This document shows, piece after piece, positions 52,341-61,223 of a stretch of 64,000 nt of DNA. Positions within the stretch are counted from its first letter, which is position 1, and each line of letters begins with the position of its first letter. Position numbers and translations under genes: made by a program. The DNA comes from Lepidodermella squamata (lineage: Eukaryota; Animalia; Gastrotricha), in assembly GCA_047495785.1 (NCBI GenBank), contig JBLDXI010000001.1, positions 1,736,001 through 1,800,000 of the forward strand. The letters are read 5' to 3'. The notes beneath the pieces were generated by a model. It did not search any database. It was not told where the DNA came from and saw only the letters and a program-made list of their open reading frames with translations.

Positions 52341-54862
52341 ATGCTAGTTCAACTTGCGCTGTTGTTATTACTGCTGAATTTTGGCTCGAGAGGCTGTCTT
52401 TGTGCATTCAATGGCTCTTCTTCAACGCTACCGATGACAATGCCTATGCCAGATATTCAAATACCGAGCTTTCTGACGCCATCCCGAAAGAAGACGTTGC
52501 GATTGTTATCATCGGTATCCTATGGTGGGTCTTCTATACCGATGGGACCCACCGTTTTAGTAAGCCAACATCTATGCCTCGACTGGCTCCACAACCAGTC
52601 AAATTGGCTGCCTGAGTACCGTGTAGAGCTTGAGCTCATCGATGATTCGGTAAGTTGAATAATTTGTGTCTCCCAATCCATAAATATTCTTGCCTTCAGA
52701 CTGAAGACTCCAAAGTCATCGCGGGTTTATTGGATAAAATTACAAAAAACGATGTAGTCGAAGGCCGATTTCCTCTAATGGGTCAAGTTGAATACGCCAT
52801 CTTCAGTCAACTGATAACAGCTTACCTGCTTAAGATTTATGGAATGATCGGCATCAGCACATATCCTCTGCCTGAAGTTTTCTTCAATCGGAAAAAATAC
52901 CGTAATTACATTCCGTTTGGCGAGCGACAGGACTATTACATGATATCAGTCGCAGAATTTGTGCGAAAAATCGGATGGAAGCGAGTTGCTCTTTTGACAG
53001 ACACCAACTCTTACAATGAAGCTGTCGAGATTTACCACATAAATAATTTGGAGAAAAACAACATCAGTCTAGTTTACATGGGTAAATTCCGCGAGGAGGC
53101 AAATGATCCTTACGAAATGGAGTCAACTTTCGAAGAAATGAAGCGCCGTGAGCCGAGAATAATCTTAAATGCAGCAGTTAACAGTGTCACCGTTGCTTGC
53201 TACCTTCGTAGGTATGGAATGTTTGGCCCGAGTTACGTGATTATCGGCTATTCATGGACAAATTTCGACGAGAACACTCCCATACCAGAATCAATTTCAC
53301 CGTGGTGCACACAAGATATGCTTCTTGACGTATTGCCTAGCACGATATTTTACGGCGATGCTCCTTTGTCCGATATCTACGGCAGCGATTTCAGAGGCAC
53401 GACTGGCATGACAAAGGATGGCTTTCTCAGTTACGTTAAATCCAGTGTTGACAAGCCCGAAATAGCGTTAGGGATGGATTACTGGGACCCGGCTTACTAC
53501 GACAAATGTATCGTTTTAGGAGCGATTCTCAACATTACGGAGCAGATCCTAAAATCACGAAACGAAACCTTATACGACTGGACTACGAACTCGCCCAAGT
53601 TCAAAAGTAATCCCCAGATGATCGTAGACACAATGCGCAAGGCCATAGGACGAATCTCATTGATAGGAATTAAAGGCGAATGGGAATACGACCTCGAGGC
53701 TGACTGGCCCAATGGAAGTATGCCAATAGTTTATACTCAAACTCGCATGAGCAAATATCGTAATTCAAGTTACCAAGAGGTCATTGGCTACTACAAGTCA
53801 AACTTACGACCCGAAAGAACCATTATTTACTCCGGGCAACTAAGGTGGAACACTTATGATGGCTCCGTCCCTAAGGACCAGCTGCATGTAATCATCATTA
53901 CCACTTCAATCCTTCCGAATCACGCCGTTATCGTTTTGATGACATTATCAGCTATCATAATGGCTTCCTTTATGGTAACATACGGGATCTCGTACAGAGT
54001 CTACCGTTTGAGGGGAGACCTTTTCATTCTTTTCGGCAGTTTGATACTTCTAATCCAAGCGTTTGTCATACCCTTTGGGGTAATCTCAAATCCTTGTCCG
54101 AACTTTATTGCGATGGCAATCATTCTTATCTGTGGTTTTTGCCTAACTTTGAAGGCTATCATTAGAAAGTTGCAGCGAGGTCTAGCACAAGTTCAGAACG
54201 TCGGAGTTTCCCGATTTCGCAATTTTTCGGAGAACTTCGCATGCGTTATCGCTCCTATTTCCGTTGCAGCTGCTCTTTTAATATATCCGCCTCAGCCCGA
54301 GCCAGAAAATCAGAGCTTTTATTACTCAAAGACGGATGTTAGCGTTGCTTATGCTTTTATTTCAATCGAATGCCAAATCTCTGATATAGCTGACAGCACC
54401 GCTTCGATTGTCCTTTTTTCCGTCGCTGCAGCAGGGGTGGGTTTCTTATTTCTGAAATCAGCTATTACAGCTTTCATGGTTCAGTCATTAATGAAAAAAA
54501 TGCGCTCAAGCCTGACAGCAGATCAGCATGTCGTGTCGGATGCCAACTTCACGTCAAAATCTGTCTACGCGATTTTGACCATAATTATCGCAGGCGTTTT
54601 TATTGGCGTGATTGTTGGATCGGGTAACGCGAATATATACATCCTGTCTTCGTCGATAATGCTCACGACAGTTTCAGTCAATTTGTTCGTTTCCGTTCTA
54701 AGCTTGATACTGAGGTCAGAACCTATACGTCCATCGGTTCCACGTGGGAGTACCTACGGCGTCTTTTTGCCGAGAAATACGACCGAAACTGCAGCTAATG
54801 TGGTAGCTTTGCAGCGTAGAAGCTCACAATTACTGTCAGCCAACTCGCTACTGAAGATATAA
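52341..54862 (+). CDS. Class C GPCR, GABA-B-like, paralog 3; exons 52341-52649, 52700-54862
   Basis: Same motifs and intron position (after ELIDDS). Signal MLVQLALLLLLLNF. Confidence 0.8.
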
Positions 54863-55011
54863 ACATTGTTTGGAACCAAGTTATACATTAACACTACATA
54901 TGTTTACGCGTAACTATGAGTGCAAGATGTTGTACCTGTACCAAGCTGTATAGCGTATCCGGCTGTACATAATGAAATTAGCGTAGCGTGTTGATTTGAA
55001 ACAAATGAAAC

Positions 55012-56795
55012 ATGATAGTAATCTACCACTGCTATTCATGTCAATTTCTAAACCTTCTTATTTTGTTAGCAGCTCCCTGTTTACAGGTAAATGCTGGCCC
55101 ATTGCAACATTATCTTATCCGATTTTTATTTAAGTTAGTCGTTGGGCAATGTACCGTTCGAAATCCTCCATTCGCGACGTATTTCGACGACTTCAACCAA
55201 CAAGTGCCAACAGGAGCAGTCATAGAGCTTGGTTACAAACTGACTATGGCTTGCCGGCCAGGATATGTCGTGTCCTATCGGCAGTATAATAATACAGGTT
55301 GTGAAGTCTTTATGCTGGGACGAAACTCAAGGCGCACCAGTTCTGCTCGAGCTCATTGTTGTAAGTACTATCTCAACTGGTGAAAAACTTGAACTTATTT
55401 CGAAATTGTTTAGCACCCAATGGAATCATTTATATTGGGGTGAGTTTCTGGAGTCAACTAAATCAATACAATTACCATCCGTCTTTTTTAACAGTGCCCG
55501 GTTGTTGTGTCCATCAAGGCAATTCACATGGGCTCTATCCAAATTGATGAAACATCAAGTTTTATCGGCCCAGGAGGCATCCGTTACCTGGAGATCGGAG
55601 CGAATCAAACTGTGATCTGCGCGAGGGATCACAGCATCATTGGTAGACCCTCCGTCACCTGCCTATCAAATGGAACTTTTTCCGATAAACTGGGATATTG
55701 CGAGCCTAGGTTTCCGGTCGAGCATCGCGTGAGACTTTTAAGAAATTCACCTTATCCCACATTTATTCGACAAAACTCTAGATAGCCTATGTCCGTCGTT
55801 TCCCTTTCCCGCCAGCTTTGAGAGTTAGTTTGCCTGCTGTGAAACATACATACCTATAATGTTGATATTAGTGCAAAATTGAACATGTAAGTCATGGCTC
55901 TGCCGTAGCTGTCGATGGTCTTATAACACTACCACGCGATACTGAAACCGAAGCAGGCACTAACATTCTGCTTAAATGTGAGAGCGGATTTCGCCCAATG
56001 TCTTCGGACCACTCGACGTGCCTACCGACTGGGCAATGGTCAGCGCCTTTGCTATGCGTGGACTGTTCCGAACAAACTGCAAGAGAGCTCATAAATGCTG
56101 CTCGTATCGGTTACATAACCAGAGTCGATGCCTTGTTAACGAATTGTCCGAAAGATGTTGATACACGAGATGTGAATAGCTGGACGCCTTTGATCTGGGC
56201 AGCTAATAATGGAAGGACAAAGGTCGCATCGTTACTTCTAGACAGAGGCGCCGATCCTAATTTGGTTAACAACTACGGATCGAGTGCTCTTTTATACGCT
56301 GTGAAGCATGGCAATTTCGAGATGGTGCAGCTTCTTGGTGATCGAGGTGCAGATGTCAACCAGAGGAATCAACTTGGCTTGTCTCCTATTATTCACGCGG
56401 CGAAAAGTGGCGATTTCAAAATACTAGGTTACCTCCTGTTCAAGCAAGCCGATGTAAAAATAAGAGATGCGACCGATGCCACAGCTCTGATGTGGGCGGC
56501 CAAGTCGGGCAACAAAGCCGCGGTCATGCTGCTGCTAAGCCATGTCGACTCTGATGTTAACGCCGTTGATAGAAAAGGCCGTACAGCTCTAACCTACGCT
56601 GTCGTAGGCGGCGCGAGTGAAGTTGCTGCCACCTTAATGCAACACGGTGCTAATGCGAACATAACAGACTACGACGGGCTGAAACCTTTTGATTGGGCTG
56701 TCATCAAAGACCAGCCGGAAACTATGGCAATTTTCAACACATCAGTCCAGAACGAAGAATCACAGATGCCAGATAACCCAGTTGATCTACCTTAA
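55012..56795 (+). CDS. Sushi-ankyrin gene D: SP - CCP x3 - ANK (~6)
   Basis: Hydrophobic leader FLNLLILLAAPCLQ. CCP-like units CTVRNP/CRPGY, CPVV/CARDHSIIG..TCLSNGTFS..GYC and CKIE/CESGF/CLPTGQWS..C. Last exon 55872-56795 carries the ANK array (SWTPLIWAA, GSSALLYA, GRTALTYA). Confidence 0.8.
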
Positions 56796-56966
56796 CACGA
56801 CCTTAACTTCGATTTTCAATTTTGTTGTTGTCTTTACTTTTCTATTGATCACTTGTCTGAGCTGTCCTCTTCTGGGCGTTATGGCTCTTTAAATAAATAA
56901 ATAAATAAATAACAGTTTTATTGCTTATCTGAAGAGAATTTAATAAAAATGCAGTCCAGAATCGCT

Positions 56967-58272
56967 TCAAATAAACAATTGTGCTGCATCTTCCTTAGCG
57001 CCCAAGCGAGTAAGAAGTGCTGCTATTTCAGCTCGGCCATTGGCTTTTGCGATTTGCAATGCATTTTGGCCTCGTTTATTTCGGGAATTGACGTCACATC
57101 GTTTGCTGTTAGCCATCAGTTCAACCAGGTTGTAGAAACCATTTCGAACAGCGATCGACACGCTGTGTCGCCGTCGTTATTTTTAACAGAGCAATCAGCT
57201 GAAAAGTCACTGAACAACAACTTGGCTGTCTGGTTATCCCACCTAGCAACCGCGATCATTAGAGCTGTATCATTGTGAGGACCTTTTTCGTTGACATTTG
57301 CCTTAGCATCGAGTAGCGTTTTTGCAACCGTGTAGTTACCATCGCTAATCGCAATGAGTAGAGGAGTCAAGTTGAACTTATTTTTAACATTCAATTTCGC
57401 TTTTCGATCAATCAGGATTTTCACGATATCCAACTGCCGGCGTGACACAGCAGCATGAAGGGGCGTTGACCCGTTTTTCGTTACGGCATCGACGTCGGTC
57501 GTGATCTCATCCAGGAGAACCTTTGCTGCTTCAGTTTGATTCGAAAAAATCGCCCAAATCAACGGAGTCCAGTTGTTGGCGTCTTTGAAGTTAACATCCG
57601 CCCCAACAGCGATTCGCTGCCTAATGGCGGCTACATTGCCACTCCGAGCAAGGGTAATAAGTTCAGGAGGCTATAAATTATCAAGTTAGCACAGGGTTAA
57701 GATGGGATTCATAGGCTAATACAGAAGCACTTCTCGCGGCCGTTGTGATGGCTGCGAGCTGTCTTGCCATTGCCGTCGTAACAGCGGCTCTACGCGCTGC
57801 TGCTGCTGTAGTCACTGCGGGGGACTTTCTCGCGGGTTTAGTCGTCACTTGAGCTATTGTAGTTGCCGACAGCGCTTTGACAGTCTCGTCTGAGAATAAG
57901 ACTCATTCATCCAAAAAGAAATCGGCTGGTGATGGGATGGTATTCCTTACTCTTCATGCAAACACCGATCCGGGTGGAAAATTCGCCAAAGTTCAAACAT
58001 CGCGCCTCGCTTCGTCCAAGGTAGACTGAGTAACCTGGGTCGCAGTAAAGCTGGACGCGAGCTCCGGAAGGGACGAAGATGTTGAACACGAACAGCACGT
58101 CCGAGGTCAAGTATCCGTTTTTTATCTCAGGTAGCCTACATCTAGCCTGGAAAAGAGCCTAAGTTCGTCATGAGCTAGAATGCAAGGTGAACATTACTAC
58201 CGATTGGCTGTTCCCAGTTTGAAGTGTCGAGAGTAAAATCGCTACAAAAATTAAACTGTGCAATTCTGCCAT
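56967..58272 (-). pseudogene. Sushi-ankyrin gene E: SP - CCP - Thr/Ala linker - ANK (~7), with a 1-nt frameshift near 57160 (pseudogene, null allele or assembly error)
   Basis: Signal MAELHSLIFVAILLSTLQTG; CCP exon from 58146. The ANK exon is colinear with gene F but reads GCG-TGTCG where F has GCG-TTGTCG, splitting it into ORFs 57116-57562 and 56967-57161. Confidence 0.7.
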
Positions 58273-58693
58273 CTCTTTCCCCCAAAAATACACAACTGTT
58301 TGGCAGCAAAACCAAAACCATTGATTTTGGTTTCCTTGTTCGCATTTTTTCTCCAATTTTCGGCAAGAGGATTAAGTCCCTGGTTGAACGATGGTTTAAG
58401 CCATGCTTAAGGAGGACAAGAAGAGGGGGTAATCTATTTTTGGAATCGTGGCCCATGAGGCTGCTGTCGACATTTCTCAATGCATGCGAAACCGTTCCAC
58501 GGAACCAATGAACGTGGAAACGATCAGGATTATCTAAAGCCCTTCTTTATATTCTTGCCTGTTCAGAATTTTTCCTATTGAGGGATTACAGCCTTTCTTT
58601 GTTTCACTCAGAGCTGAAAGAAAAACTTGAGGCTTGAGGCAAAGAAAACTTCTTTCATTTTATTAAAATACACAATTATTCATTATATAACTG

Positions 58694-59871
58694 TTAAATC
58701 CTCAACTGTTCTGGGTCAGGTTTAGCACCTAATCGGGCGAGAAGGGCAACAATATCGCCTCGAGCATTCGCCAGGGCAATATGCAAAGCATTTTGACCCC
58801 GCTTGTTCCTCGAATTGATGTCACACCTGCTGTTCCGGGTCATCAGGTCCACGAGGTTGTAGAAGCCATTTCGAACAGCGATCGACAACGCAGTGTCGCC
58901 GTCGTTGTTTTTAACAGAGCAATCGGCTGCGAAATCGATGAACAGCATTTCAGCGGTCTCGTTGTCCCACCTCGCCACGGCAATCATCAAAGCAGTGTCA
59001 TTGAACGGCCCCCTCTCATTCACATCAGCTTTGTTCTCCAGCAAAACTTTCGCCATAGCATTATTCCTATCGTTGATGGCAATGATCAGAGGTGTTAGGT
59101 TGAAAGCATTCCGAAGATTCATATCAGCTCCCCGGGCCGCCAAAGCCTTAACCAGATCAATCTGGCCTCTTTTAACAGCGATATGTAGCGCAGTTGATCC
59201 ATTTTTACTGACGACGTTGACATCTGTCATTTTGTTGGCTAGAAAGATATTCGCAACTTCCGTCTGATTGTTGAAAATCGACCAAATTAAGGGTGTCCAG
59301 TAGTTCGAGTCTTGAAAGTTGACATCGGCTCCTGCAGCAATCGTATCCTTAACTGCGGACGCATTTCCCAAGCGGGCGTAGATTAAAAGTTCCGGCATTT
59401 GAACCTGGCCAATATTTTTAAAATTTTCATTGAAATTTTTTTTTAAATGTTACCGGGCTTCTTTCGGACGTTGTTGTAGAGGTTGTAGTTGCAGGGTCTG
59501 GAAAAAAATAATCAATTTTGCATCGAGTTTTTTAAATGTCCTATTACTTCTGGAGCACACTCCTAATTTTGTCGACCACTCTCCCGAGTTTAAACATCGC
59601 GCCTCATTTCGGCCTAATATGACGATATAACCAGCGTCACATTCAAGTTGTACTCGAGATCCAGAGGTTACGAAGCTATTAAAGAGGAAGACAGTGTCCG
59701 GAGAGTTCAAAACTCCGTTTTTCACATCAGGAAGCTTGCATCTCATCTGAAATTTAATTGCGATTTTTCTGTATTAATTTGCGAAATTCTTCGTACCTGC
59801 CAATATTGACAAAAGCAAGTTTGAAACGATGAAATCAAGCCGAGGAGAAGGTAAATCGGTGTCTTTGCCAT
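58694..59871 (-). CDS. Sushi-ankyrin gene F: SP - CCP - Thr linker - ANK (~7); four exons, tandem paralog of gene E
   Basis: Signal MAKTPIYLLLGLISSFQTCFC; CCP CKLPDVKNG...CDAGY...CLNSGEWSTKLGVC; short TTTSTTT exon; intact ANK exon 59404-58694. Confidence 0.87.
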
Positions 59872-61223
59872 TTTAATAAAAAAAAATACAATGACCTCAA
59901 ATTTGAGAAAAAAACAGTAATAAAATGCTAATTTTGACCCCGTGTCACAGATAATAAATCACGGATGGGAATTTTCTGTAATAAAAAGAAGACTGCTTGC
60001 GGTTCTACGGCGTGAGAATGAATGGCTAAAAAGAGCAGGTGAAAGATTTATGAATTAATCCGAGCGTGGTTTCCAGATTACTGTCGACGTTTGGAGAGTT
60101 ATTTTTAACACAAGCGAATTGGTCGAGCAGCGAAAAGAACCGCCACAGAAAGAACCACTTCACTTTTTGTAATTATACGCTTTCGATGGCAAACAAACAT
60201 GCTGTAGTTTCTCACTTCTCACCTTCTAGCGCGCACGATTAATATGAGCTGCGGCGACGGCTCGAAGGCATTGTTTCTTTCGAAATGAACATGCAGTGTG
60301 GGCCGATGATTATGATGGGCACGACATAGGTAACAGGCAGAGCCTGCGACGAATATTACTTCGACGCCGCTATCAAGCGACAAAAACGAATGAAAATAAT
60401 TCACTCCTGGTTTGCGGCACGAAAATAAAATCCATTATAATATTTTCTCCGGTTAATCAGGCAATTTTTAATCCCTAAAGGGCATTTCAACCGCAATCAA
60501 TGTCCCTAAATTATGAAATGAAAAACTCAATTGTTAATAAATCAGAACATATTTTAGCGGAACCAAAGTCATAATATGCAAAGAGTCGTTTTTTGAATAA
60601 TTCTACAAATTTTAGGCGAAGCATGAATTCTGAATTGAGCACTCTGTCGTATAGAGAATGTTGCGCTAAATTTACTGGTGATTTTTCTAGAATTATTGTG
60701 GCCAATCTTGACCCGCAAGAAATATCCGAAAAGCGATTTCAGGCCAGAGGAAAATTTCAAAATTTGGTTCCGTTCACCGTAAATTTAGTTCCGCTAAAAG
60801 GAGGGACCTTGATAAATTTGGGAATAATTGGCTAACTATACTCGCATGCATAGATTCTGGCTATTTTAAAATCCCGAAATTTCGAATTTCGAACATGGGA
60901 CAATTTAAAAATGATTATAATGAATTTTTTGGATTGACATTCGATATATTTATTGGATGGTGTAATGACATGACATGAAAATTCATACTCGTGACTCATA
61001 TTTTGACTTATTCATTTGGAGACTTTTGCCAGTTTCTACTTTTTGTACCTTGTGCTGGTTCTCCATTGGCATGGCACTATGAATAGCAGACATCATTTGT
61101 CCAACGTCCCAATGAAAAAAAAAACAACGTTCGATTCAACATGGTCAGATTTATTAGCCAGCAAATCGAAGCGTAAAAAATGCTAAAAATATAGTGACAC
61201 ATTATTTTTGCGGTAATTTGAAT

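Noticed and set aside
46460-54862. Assigning GABBR1/GABBR2 gene symbols
   Set aside because: Too divergent, near-intronless and lacking the coiled-coil tail; orthology cannot be supported by eye.
60552-60799. Short inverted match TTTTAGCGGAAC / GTTCCGCTAAAA
   Set aside because: Only ~12 bp and could not be extended convincingly into an element.
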